Shown: in pieces, positions 27,493 through 39,207 of the stretch
How the letters are laid out: every line of letters begins with the position of its first letter
Position numbering within the stretch: position 1 is the stretch's first letter
NCBI RefSeq assembly: GCF_006345805.1
Contig: NC_043000.1
Location: 133,238,001-133,302,000 of the forward strand
Reading direction: 5' to 3'
Length of the DNA stretch: 64,000 nt
DNA from: Octopus sinensis
Taxonomy: Eukaryota
The notes under the pieces: model-generated
What the model was told of the DNA's origin: nothing
What the model saw: the letters and a program-made list of their open reading frames with translations, nothing else
Databases searched by the model: none
Made by a program: the position numbers and the translations under genes

Positions 27493-28739
27493 TACATATA
27501 TATAGGTTTATATATATATATATATATGCATATTTTTTATTTATTAATATATTATATGACGGAACGCACGCATCCATTTCTAAGTAAGATTGTTCTTGAT
27601 ATTAATAATGATGCGCACTCTTGACCTTTCTGTCCCCTCCTTTTCTCAGCCTTCATTCTTTCTGGTTTCCTTTTCTTCTACTTTACTGTCTCTCCCTCTC
27701 TCTCATTCTTCACTCTCTCTCTCCCTCTCTCTCATTCTTCATTCTTTCTGCTTTCCTCACAACTATTCCCTTTTTTTCTCTCCCTTTCTCTTGCTCCTCC
27801 ACCTCCCTCCCGCTGTTAATCTGCGACGAGAGCTCTGCTACTGTCTTTCTGGCCTGACTTCTTTGAAGTGTGGACGGCATTTTCTTTGTTCCTTCGCCGT
27901 CCTCAAAAATAGCGTTCGTAATACTTTTTTTCATTCGGCTTAACAGCCCTTCTTGTCTTGTTATTCTCCTTGTCCTGTCTTTTACTGTTTATATTTTGTA
28001 CTGTCATTACTGTCCTGTTTTTGTTACCATTTTTACCCCTCTGCAAAAAGATCTCAAATTTTATTTGAGATCCTGCTTTTCGCAGGAAGGAAAGTTTCTA
28101 TTGAAGATGCGTATCGCCTTCACCTTCGAAACACAGAGTAGATGAAACAGAGGCGACTGAAGAAGGGAAATTTTCCTTGTGTTATTTGTCCTGTACTCTA
28201 TTTTTTTGTTGTTTAAGAAAAATGTCCAGTTCCTTGGTTTTGTGTTTATGTTTTCATTTCTCATTGTGTTCGACGTTTTTTTTTTGGTGTCCTGTACCCA
28301 TATATGCGTGTATATATACATGTAGAGGTAGGTACGTACATATATGTATGTATATATGCATATGCTTTATTTATTAATATATATATATACTCTTTTACTT
28401 ATTTCTGTCATTTGACTGTGGCCATGCTGGAGCATATATATATATATATATATATATACGGAGTGGTTGGCGTTAGGAAGGGCATCCAGCCGTAGAAACA
28501 CTGCCAGATTTGACTGGGCCTGATGAAGCCTTCTGGCTTTACAGACCCCAGTAGAACCGTCCAACCCATGCTAGCATGGAAAACGGACGCTAAACGATGA
28601 TGATGATGATGATGATATATAGGTAACCATTATCATCATCATTTAACATCTGTTGTCCATGCTGGCATGGGTTAGATGGATTTTTTCAAGTTTCTGATAG
28701 AATTTATGTTTATGACATTTAATAATAAGGCATTTTTAA

Positions 28740-28956
28740 CCCTTTAACATTTAACTGACCATATCCAACCCAAATATTCTATCTGTTTTATGTTCAAGCC
28801 ATCCAGATCTGGCCTCTCACCCTTACCCTAAAATGTCATTCTAAAAATAATCACACCAGTGAAATTTTGAAGCTATGAACTAATAATTGATTAATTGAAA
28901 ACAATGTGAAAAAATAAGCATGACTCTTGACAGAGTAATTTGAATGTTAAAAGATA
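28740..28956. mobile_element. piggyBac-like MITE
   Basis: TTAA on both sides, CCCTTTAACATT end with imperfect inverted partner. Confidence 0.5.
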
Positions 28957-30574
28957 TTAAAGACTATTCGCTCAAACTAGCTGCTTGACTGTAAGCCTTT
29001 AATTTATGGAAGTGGTATTCAATTTCCTCTCCAGACATGTTAGGATTAATTACAGTTTACATGCACCTATTTATGTTTTGTATCATTTACAGTTAAACAG
29101 AGGTGAAGGTACAGCTATGTGTTTAAGCAGTTTGCTTTGCAACTATGTGGTTCTATGGTTTCATCATACTGCTTGATACCTTGGGCAAGTCTCTTCTATT
29201 GTAGCTATGGACTGGCCAATAACTTGTGAGTAGAATTTGGTAGACAGAAATGTGGGATGACATCAGCAGCTGGGGAGCTGACTGGAAGGGGCAGCCGTCA
29301 CGTGCGCGCAGCGAGCAGGGCATTCTGCCTTTTCGAGTCAGGTCGTTGAGGGGTTAAGACAGGTGATCACGTTGTTAAGGTTGGGTGAAGCAGCTGCTAT
29401 CTCTAGCGTTTGGGTCGGGCTGTGTCAAAGGATCTGTAACCGCTGAAGGGTCTCCATCAGAGCGAAGAGAAAGTAGGTGCCTTTATTTCGAGTCTCTCGC
29501 ACACAACACAAGAAATGATGTGAAAGTCTGTTGTATTACCATTTTTCTTTTTGTTTGTCAGTATCCACTCGTCCCTTGCTTGCAGGGTCAGATAAAAATT
29601 GTTGAGGTAGATTTTCTAGATGGATTCCCCTTCCTGCTGCCCAATTTCGCCAGTTTCCAAGTGAGGTAATATTTCCCATTTCCCCTTAGTTGGACATGTT
29701 TCCATGGGAGACTGAAAATGAATGACACTTCTTGTACGATGGTGACACTTAACTTACAACTGTCATGCAATGCTAAGACAAGGAGCCATACACATACACA
29801 CATTGCTTCAACAATGTATTAAATATAAGGATGAAGAAATTTAATGAAAAGCATTTACTGTTGTGCTGTTCCAGATCAGCTCTGATCAAATAATCCTATG
29901 GCATGTTTCTGCCTCGCTGAGAACCAGACTGCACAGTTGGACATGCAGTGTGCGATGGGGTGGTGTGGTGTAGGGGTGTGGTGTGACAATTTAGACATGT
30001 TGAATTTCCTTCAGTATCCAGTTTTTTCTGTACTTACTATCAGTGGTGTTTAGAGCTAATAAGGTCATTGATCCCAGAGCAATTTCTATATTCTTTTTTT
30101 TTTATGTTTGTCTGGGCTGAGTGGGAGACATGCGGTTTTAGGATGGTGTTTTAGTATTGTTCTTCATCATCATCATCATCATTTAGCGTCCGTTTTCCAT
30201 GCTATCATGGGTTGAATGGTTTTACAGAAGTTGGTCAGCTGAGGAGCTGTCCAAACTCCAATTGTCTCTTGTGGCATGGTTTCTATGGCTGGATGCCCTT
30301 CTTAATGCCAACCACTTTATTAAAGAATGTGATGGGTGCCTTTTATGTGCCACCGGCATGGGTGTTCATGAGTGTTGTACCTGTGTCTGAGTGTTTGGAG
30401 GGGATTTTTCTTTTTATGTAGTAGGACTGCGAGGTTTGTAGCTTACTGTAAAAGTAAACCATACTCCTTGCATGCCTGCTCATCTGTCATTCTTAGTATT
30501 TTTGTTTCATTGTATAGGTTTATGCCTGTGGACTGTATGACATTTGAATATACAAAGTGCACTGTTTAGTATTC

Positions 30575-31306
30575 TGTTGTGGCAGACACCCCCAAATGAG
30601 AAGTGGGCTGTTCCACTACTGATAAATAGTTGACAGACACAGCAAGCAGGATCAGTTGGCGAGGTATCCCATATGGGCCAGTTACTCAGACAATGAAGTC
30701 ATGTCGTCACAATGCGGGACATATCAGTGGTGGTGAGGAGTCAAACTGCACACAGTAGCGGATAAGACTAACACAGAACTGAACTACACACACAGTGAAA
30801 AATAATATGCACACAGTGAGAAATATATAAATTCTTTTGAAAAAAGATTCTGAAGAAAAAATGTCTGATAAAACAGTATGTGAAGGAATTTAAGTCAGGT
30901 CGCTATGTGTTAGTAGAGTTACCAGTAAACAATGTAGACTGGTACTACCTGTGGCATTCTGAAGAGAAAAATAATTCTGTGTGGAAGGAAAAATAATAAT
31001 AATATAATAAGTCCATGTGAAAGATTTAAGTCATGTTGCTATGTGTTAGTAGCTCTACTGGTAAACAATGTAGACTGGTACTACCTGTGGCATTTTCAAG
31101 AAAAAATAATATAATAATCTTGTGTGAAAGGAAAAAAATCACAAAGCGGGGAGGTGTTGTGGTGGACACCCCCAAGTGAGAAGTGGGCTATTCCACTACT
31201 GATAAATAGTGGACAGACACAGCAAGCAGGGTCAGTCGGCGAGGTACGCCGTATGAGCCAGTCAAGCAGATGACACAGTTACATCATCAAAATACCGGAC
31301 ATATCA
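30575..31306 (+). mobile_element. TRIM-like miniature LTR retroelement
   Basis: Two 152-bp direct repeats TGTTGTGG...CATATCA (30575-30726, 31155-31306); TGG PBS-like site at 30728; PPT AAAGCGGGGAGG at 31143-31154; TSD tattc/tagtc. Confidence 0.8.
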
Positions 31307-31695
31307 TAGTCTTTGTGGGTTGTCAGAGATATTAGCATAATCCCACACTATGATGGTAGGAGAGCAAGTGTACTATGGTGATAAGACAGTAATTCCACAG
31401 TGGCATTTATGGGGTTCACACATACAGTAAAATACAAGGTAACTCCAATACATATGTTCTCATTGTTGAGAAGGGGACAATGTTGAGCCAAATACCTCTA
31501 TTTGGCTGGGAAGCAATCCAGAAACAAGACAGATGGTGTTTGTAGAGATGACTAGATTCATATACTTGCGGAACTATATTTCATATTATCTCAGTTGTGT
31601 TGATTGGTGTTGTATCCTGGAGGACAGTGAGATCACCATGAACCCAGAAAGCTTATACTGTCTCATACTTATTATTAGCATTTGGTTCAGATATA

Positions 31696-32559
31696 CACAG
31701 TCTGATCAATAAGTATTCAGACTTCCCATAGTAATAAAACTAAATCACACAGAGTGAAGTTGTTTGGCATGAATTGACCTTGAACTCTGCCATGCATATG
31801 CACGAACTTTTAATGTTCTAACTCACTTCCGCTGTTTACAGCAGTGCTTGGAAGGAAGGTGTGTAGTGTGATCATCACATTGACCATGACAGAAAGTTGA
31901 GCAGAGAATCTGCATCAAATTTTGCCAAAGGCCTATGCAAAGTTTTTAAAAAGTTTTCATCTTTCTCGACACAATCAACGAAATCTTGTGCAACTGAAAC
32001 CTGAGTGTCTTCTTGGTCAGCTGAATGCAGTTTTGGCACAAACTTGGCAAACACATCTCATACCCAAATCTTCAATGATAATGGACTGAACTGAACCGTA
32101 ACTAATCTGCACATCCTCTGATAACTCACAGATGGTGATTCAATGATTTCCCCTCACAGCTATATGCACATCAGCGATGTTTTTCTCAGTTCTGCTGGTT
32201 GTGAGTCTCCCAGAACATTCGTCAATATCGACATTTTTCGACCATCTTGGAAACATCTGGACCACTCATACGCTTGTGTGTGGCTCAGACACTCCTCTCC
32301 ATACACTTTCTGCAACTTTGCACAGGTCTCTGAGCAGGTGTTGCCATGACAACTGTCTCTGTCATAGTCAATGCAACAATCACACACTACACACCTTCCT
32401 TCCAAGCACTGCTGTAAACAGCAGAAGTGAGCTAGAATGTTAAAACTTAGTGCACATGCACAGCAGAGTTCAAGGTAAATTTTTGCCAAGTGGCTTTACT
32501 CTGCGTGCTTTAGCTTCATTACTATGGCAATAGTCCGGATACTTATTGATCAGACATCG
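31696..32559 (-). mobile_element. Tc1/mariner remnant with two left ends in inverted orientation
   Basis: TA-flanked TIRs GTCTGATCAATAAGTAT; minus strand DTCSETCAKLQKVYGEECLS..AYEW..F.DGR and KFVPKL linker. Confidence 0.85.
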
Positions 32560-32959
32560 TATTAGGGAAACCTTGTAGGCAAATGCAGTTCGATGTGATA
32601 GAGGAAAGATGAACCAGCAATGCCGAATCAAACATTGACTGAACGTGATCAAAGAAAATCAATATTTTAAAAGATCTATCAGCATCAGCATCATTTAGCG
32701 TCCATTTTATTTGCTGGCATGGATTAAATGGTTTGACTGGAACTGGAAAACTGGAGAGATGTGCCACCACTCTAGTCTGGTTTGGCGTTGTTTCTCCAGC
32801 TTGATGCCCTTTCTTACACCAATCACTCCAAGAGTATAAGTGGATGCCTTTTCCTTGTCACCACCACTGATGTGTGATCAGCACTGATGTGTCTTGAATT
32901 TTGAGAAATAACTAAAAATTTGAAAATGTATGAAATTGAATGAATCTGTTTATTAAACA

Positions 32960-33190
32960 GGCGGCAAGCTGGCAGAAACGTTAGCACTCTGGACGAAATG
33001 CTTAGCAGTATTTCGTCTGTCGTTACGTTCTGAGTTCAAATTCCACCGGGGTCGACTTTGCCTTTCATCCTTTCGGGGTCGATAGATAAAGTACCAGTTT
33101 CGCACTGGGTTGATATAATCGACTTAATCCCTTTGTCTGTCCTTGTTTGTCCCCTCTATGTTTAGCCCCTTGTGGGTAGTAAAGAAATAA
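32960..33190 (+). mobile_element. SINE family C (tRNA-like head, GTCGAC..GCCTTTCATCCTTTCGGGGTCGAT core)
   Basis: Copies also at about 1325-1552(-), 43945-44170(-) and 50638-50862(+). Confidence 0.85.
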
Positions 33191-35311
33191 ATTAAACAGT
33201 ACTTAAAAGGATTTCAATAGACTCTCTTTTGTTCTTTACTCTCTTACTTGTTTCAGTCATTTTGACTGTGGCCATGCTGGAGCACCGCCTTTAGTTGAGC
33301 AAATCGACCTTAGGACTTATTCTTTGTAAGCCCAGTACTTATTCTATCAGTCTCTTTTGCTGAACTGCTAAGTTACAGGGATGTAAACACACCAGCATCA
33401 GTTGTCAAGTGATGTTGGTGGGACAAACAGACACACAAATATATACAAACACATACATATATACATACGTACATACGATGGGCTTCTTTCAGTTTCCGTC
33501 TACCAAATCCACTCACAAGGCTTTGGTCGGCCTGAGGCTATAGTAGAAGACACTTTCCAAGGTGCCACACAGTGGGACTGAACCCGGAACCATGTGGTTG
33601 GTAAGCAAGCTACTTACCACACAGCCACTCCTATGCCTAGAATGACAACTTTAAGTTAAGATTTTTTTACATAGCCTTTTTGATTCCAGTTTCTATATTT
33701 TATGCTACATTTCAAAAATTTTCAAATTGGATGATACAAAGAGTGAAGTAGCATGGGTTGACATTGCTGTTCAATTCCAGGTTACTGATTGTATAGACCT
33801 ATTTATCATAAGCATTCCAACTGTGATAATTCTGTCTTTTGTGGGCTATACATTATCCAATGTACCTTAACCTTTGATTATGACAGTAGTGTGCTATTTG
33901 AGGAAAATTTTGCTGCTATTTCTTCATTAGTTGATTTATAGTGACTCTAGGAATTCACTTTAATTTTTTGGTTCAGACACTAATTTCACTCATATAACCA
34001 CTCCGTGAGTGTAGTGGGTGCTTTTTTTTTTTTTTGCACATAAAAAGCACCCACTACACTCACGGAGTGGTTGGCATTAGGAAGGGCATCCAGCTGTAGA
34101 AACACTGCCAGATCAGACTGGAGCCTGGTGCAGCCTCCTGGCTTCCCAGACCCTGGTCGCCCTGAGGCCATAGTAGAAGACACTTACCCAAGGTGCCACA
34201 CAGTGGGACTGAACCCGGAACCATGTGGTTGGTATGCAAGCTACTTATCACACAGCCACTCCTATGCCTAGAACGACAACTTTAAATTTCCATGCTAGCA
34301 TGGAAAACGGACGTTAAACGATGATGATGATGATGATAAAATGGTAGGGTGATTATGTTAGGGAACTGAACATAATTTCGAGTCCTGTGATGTTACAATT
34401 TTAGACACAAGGTCAACAATTTTGAGCTGAGGGTGTTAGCTGATACCATTGACCTCAGCACTTGAATAGTACTTATTATATCAACCCCAAAAGGATGAAA
34501 GGCAATGTTGACCTCAGTGGAATTTGGACTCTGAGCATAGATATTTGGAACAAATCACTAGCGTAGCTAGAGTGTGTGTCTCAGGGCAGCCCTTCCATTT
34601 GCTACCCCCACACCCCACATATTACCTACAGCAGACCCAAAAGTGTCCCTCCCCCCAGCTACTCTAGTGGACCAAATACTGTCTGGCACTGTAATGATTC
34701 TTCCAGCCCACTGCCTTACTAATGTATGTAATAATTCTTTCTGCTGTAGGCACTAGGCACAGGGACTGAAATTTTAGGGGAAGAGCTAGTTGATTACATT
34801 GACTCCAGCACATAACTGGTACTGATTTTATCAACCCTAACAAGAGGAAAGCAACGTTGATCTCAGTGGTATTTGAACTCAGAATATGAAAAACCCCCAC
34901 AAGAAACACTCTTGAACCTACACTCTAACGAGTCTTCCACTTCACTGCCTTACTAATCTATTTAATTATAACCCCTTACTTTCTCAACTGTACTCGTGTG
35001 AGGTTTTGAATTTACAAAAACAAGCTGTAAAAAAATTATCTCCAGTAAATCATTTACTCGTTCCAACCACTGAGCTTTGGTTTTTATTTGAAATATTTTT
35101 GGATTTAAATGTATAATCTAGTGTACGAGTGTATCTTAGGTTTAGAATAGTTATACGGTGTCCCCGTGTGCCGGAAAAAGTAACTCAATGGGTTGGCAAC
35201 AGAAAGAGTATTTTGGCCATAAAACTAGTCCAACCCATGCCAGCAAGGAAACATAGATGTAAAATCATATCAAGCATGGGAAATGCCTTTTCGCTTATTT
35301 ATTTGAATATA

Positions 35312-35533
35312 CCCTTTCATTACCAACCCGGCTGAAACCGGCTCTGGCTCTGTAGTACAAAAATCTTGTTTTCATAAGTTTTGAATTAAAATCTTCTACC
35401 AAACCTAAGTCACAATTTATGTTCCTAACACTAGCTGAATGATAACTAAGTTATTTTACTAAATTCTTTTGCTATATTTAAAGTAACTGACAGAAACACA
35501 GAGCATCTCAAAATAAATACAGTAACAAAATGG
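35312..35533. mobile_element. piggyBac-like MITE
   Basis: CCCTTTCATTAC start and GTAACAAAATGG|TTAA end; related degraded copy at about 57250-57469. Confidence 0.5.
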
Positions 35534-35664
35534 TTAAAAAGAGAACCGAAAAGGGATTTATGTGTGGTCATCTGATTGCTAGAAATAACAGCCAAATCAC
35601 CCTATCGTTTTAGGAAAGAATATACTTGATAATGTGATTGCTCAGTCCTGACCTACTTGGGATT

Positions 35665-35726
35665 ATGCAACAACAACAGCGTCGCCGCCACCTTATTCGC
35701 AGATCTTTCTCGATCTCTCTTCGAAA
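35665..35726 (+). CDS. Candidate alternative first exon of AARS encoding a mitochondrial-presequence-like peptide MQQQQRRRHLIRRSFSISLR(N)
   Basis: ATG with A at -3, donor AA|GTATGT at 35727. Splicing to acceptor 43080 gives AA|T-ATG, in frame with AARS. 6 Arg, no D/E, RRSFS motif. The (CAA)n part resembles a repeat tail. Confidence 0.38.
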
Positions 35727-36188
35727 GTATGTTCACTGCATTTAATATGCTATCACTAACTTTAACATGTGATAACCAAGTGTTATCAAGTAAGCACGAT
35801 AATTGTCAAATCAAACTAAAGAAACGGAAGCTAAAAATTAAGTAAAAGATTAAAAACAAATATTTTGCTTAGGAAATTGCAATATTAACATTAAAAGGAC
35901 AAAATATGATGCAATACAGGCAGTTAGTGGCGTTATAGATTAATATATATATATAACTGAAAAATTACTGGCTAATTTACGCTACAGACAGCAGAAAGTA
36001 CCTATACATGGGAGAGTAAGATGTGCGTGTTTCATTGATACTTTTTAGCCTGTACCATTATACGGAGAGTTGTATTTTGTTGCAACTCGTCCCGGTTGTT
36101 GTCTGTTTCTAAGGTTGTTAACTAAATATCGTTAATTCATCTAATTTCTTCTCATCTCACATTTTTATTCACTCTTGTGTTTTTCAAG

Positions 36189-36204
36189 ACAGTTCGATTG
36201 TCGG
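36189..36204 (+). other. Candidate 5' non-coding exon end (or 12-16 nt micro-exon) of AARS; true start unknown
   Basis: Consensus donor GG|GTAAGT at 36205 in a CpG-enriched unique region; pyrimidine tract and AGs at 36188 and 36192. Confidence 0.55.
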
Positions 36205-38723
36205 GTAAGTATTTTAATTTTCTTGTATTTTCTTTTACATATGCTTCTGATTACATAGTTAAATGTAATGTGGCAATATGTAACATATATACGTTTTCTA
36301 TTGCATCATTCTTTCTACCCGCTTATATTTTGATATCTTAAGTTTTAATAAACACGACAGCCTATAGACATATAGGCCGCTGTCATGTGAAGCGAACTTC
36401 TTTATCATACACCATACATACACCTATATGTTTATGTAGTCCATAAACTAAATAATTTCAAATTATTAACACATATCTACCAGTAAAACTAAATGAAATT
36501 ATAATTCAATGAAATGAAGGGTTGAAGAAATATATTTTCGACTTTTGGATACCTCTGCAATATATAAATAAATATATATACTCACGCACAGACACTATAA
36601 TAATGATATTAATATATTGACATAGAATCTTAATTCTTCTCTATATGGCTATAGAATTAAAATTATGAATGAAGTTTTATTATGGCAATATAGCAAAAAT
36701 TTCATAGCCATATTGCTATTCCTAGACAACTCCTATATCTCTTGTTATGGGCCTGATAAAAAGAAGGGTGAAGAGGAGGGAATCTGATTGTGGAATTAAG
36801 TGTTTTATCGGGTAGCAACATAAAACGTGTCGAAAGTAAGCTTTCTTAGTGTTAAGACCCATAGAAAGAAATGTGTTGCACGGGGTGGAGTCTCATACAC
36901 TTAGCTGTTAGATCCACGAGGTTTTGCCTCGCCATCTGGCATATGACTAGAGGATAGCAAATTAATGATCGGAAATGGATAATGCCTCGTCAAAAGATTT
37001 TGTGCAAATGTTTTGGAAGCACCTCCATATTGTGTGTTGACTAGAAAAAGAAAGAAAAAGGCCTCAGTCATTAAGTGAAAACCGAGAAACCCGTGCTCCT
37101 CTAGTGCGCAATCAGGTTTCTTTCGTACGCGTCTTTGTGTTTTAACAGTTCACCAGACTGGCGTGCATTATTAAGCGCCAATTTGAACATTAATAGCAGT
37201 AAGAGAAGACCTATTTGAAGAAGCCTAAATGTTTGCGACGAAGAGAGTGCCCCGTTCACTAAATTCGGATTATTTAGTTGCTTATGAGTTATTTCTTCAA
37301 CCCTTCATTTCATTGAATTATAATTTCATTTAGTTTTACTGGTAGATATCAATTCTGTTAATAATTTGAAATTATTTAGTTTATGGACTACATAAACATA
37401 TAGGTGTATGTTTGGCTGTATGATAAAGAAGTTCGCTTCACAATTACATGGTTTCTGGTTCAGTCCCACTGCACGACACTTCGGTCAAGTGTCTATCAGC
37501 ATGGCCTCTGATCGACCAAAGCCTTGTCAGTCAGATTTGATTGACGGAAACTTTGTCGGATAGACCGTTCTAGTTCTTGGGTGTTGAAGTTAATCCGTCG
37601 CTCCTGTTCACCCTTGGTCTTTGTGTGTCTAGCTTTTGGACCAGGTATAGTGTGAAAGTTGTTTCCTCTTCCCCATCAGAGACCCGGAAAATCATCATCA
37701 TCATCATTTAGCGTCCGCTTTCCATGCTAGCATGGGTTGGACGGTTCAACTGGGGTCTGTGAAGCCAGAAGGCTGCATCAGGCCCAGTCTGATCTGGCAG
37801 TGTTTCTACGGCTGGATGCCCTTCCTAACGCGGTTTTCACTTAATGACTGAGGCCTTTTTCTTTCTTTTTCTCGTCAACACACAATATGGAGGTGCTTCC
37901 AAAAGCGTTCCTAACACACAATATGGAGGTGCTTCCTTACTTGCACTAATTTAAAAAAAAATATTAAAACATTTTTCATCTTATCTCTCATCAAGATTTC
38001 ATTTAAGTTACATATTTATACCATTCATATATGATTATTCCTTATAATCATGAAACCTTGTTCTTTTATTATCATTTATGAAGGTAGTCTTAAGGCAAGT
38101 TTCTAAGTAGTCTAGAGAAGGAAGTTAAAAGACTGCTTGGAAAATATGTAGGAAGAAAAAAAGTAATAACTTAACCAGCTGGAGGTTTTCTAGAGAGAAT
38201 CTGAGTGACGTTTTCTAATATATTTCCATTAAACTTTCATTGCTAGAGATTTGAAGGATGGAGTGACTAGATATTAATAGCTCTGTGGGCAATAAAGAAA
38301 TAGATATTAATAGCATAGGTAACAACAATGACCAGGGAAGAGAAACATCTAGAGTGTTTTGTTATTTGATATTGACATAAATTTAGAAACTGCTGAGATC
38401 ATTGATTTCCATTTGGTAGTTGAAAAAAAAAACAAAATCAAGAAATGTGTTGACATTAAATGTTTTAGCTAATTTGTTAGGTTTTTGCATTTATAAAGGG
38501 TGTGGTACAGCATTTTCTTTTTCCAAATGTATTTAGTGCCTATGATATAATTTCTTTTTAATCACGAAAGTGATCTCCATTCCTGCTTGGAAAACTTGTA
38601 TTATTGTATTTAATTTTTAAAAAATCTCTTTCTATATTAATTCTATGTACTAAATATTAAAAGCTATTCAAGATTGTAGTTGAGGGGAGGAAATAGAATG
38701 GTATTGTTATCTACAGTGTAGAC

Positions 38724-38940
38724 CAGTGGTTTTCAACCAGGGTTCCGCAGGACCTTAGGGTTCCGCCAGTACAGTCCAGGGGTTCCGCAAGAAGTTACAA
38801 AACTGCTAAAATCGGCAGTAATTTTTAATTCTCCTGTGCAGATATGTGTGCATAAGACTATTAAATTATTGCACGGGTTCCCCGAGCCAGTGGAATGTTT
38901 CCTTGGGGTTCCGCTTCAGCAAAAAGTTTGAAAAGCACTG
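38724..38940. mobile_element. hAT-family MITE, 217 bp
   Basis: TIRs CAGTGGTTTTCAA/TTGAAAAGCACTG; perfect 8-bp TSD GTGTAGAC (38716-38723, 38941-38948). Confidence 0.92.
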
Positions 38941-39207
38941 GTGTAGACATTGTATAAAGTTGAGGCCAGCATTTTCTTTAATTAAAAAATAACTGTTGAA
39001 TATTGGTACACACATAGCTGTGTAGTAAGAAGTTTGCTTCACAACCAAATGACTTCAGATTCACTCCTCCTGCATGACACCATGAACAAGTATCTTCTAC
39101 TATAGCCCCTGGCTAACCTTGAGATTGGATTTGGTCGACGAAAGCTGAAAGAAGCCCATTACATATATATGTGTGTGTGTATCTATGTACTACTAAAACT
39201 CTGTGAT

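Larger units (their letters stand above)
35650..37260. promoter_or_regulatory. CpG-enriched promoter/5' region of AARS, possibly bidirectional
   Basis: Local excess of CpG in a CpG-poor window. + strand donors at 35727, 36205 and 36836; - strand donor AA|GTAGGT at 35656-35651 after an AAGGTGGCGGCG motif. Confidence 0.5.

Noticed and set aside
29251-29541. GC-rich TG...CA segment as a solo LTR
   Set aside because: No TSD, no second copy, and AATAAA in an atypical position; left unclassified
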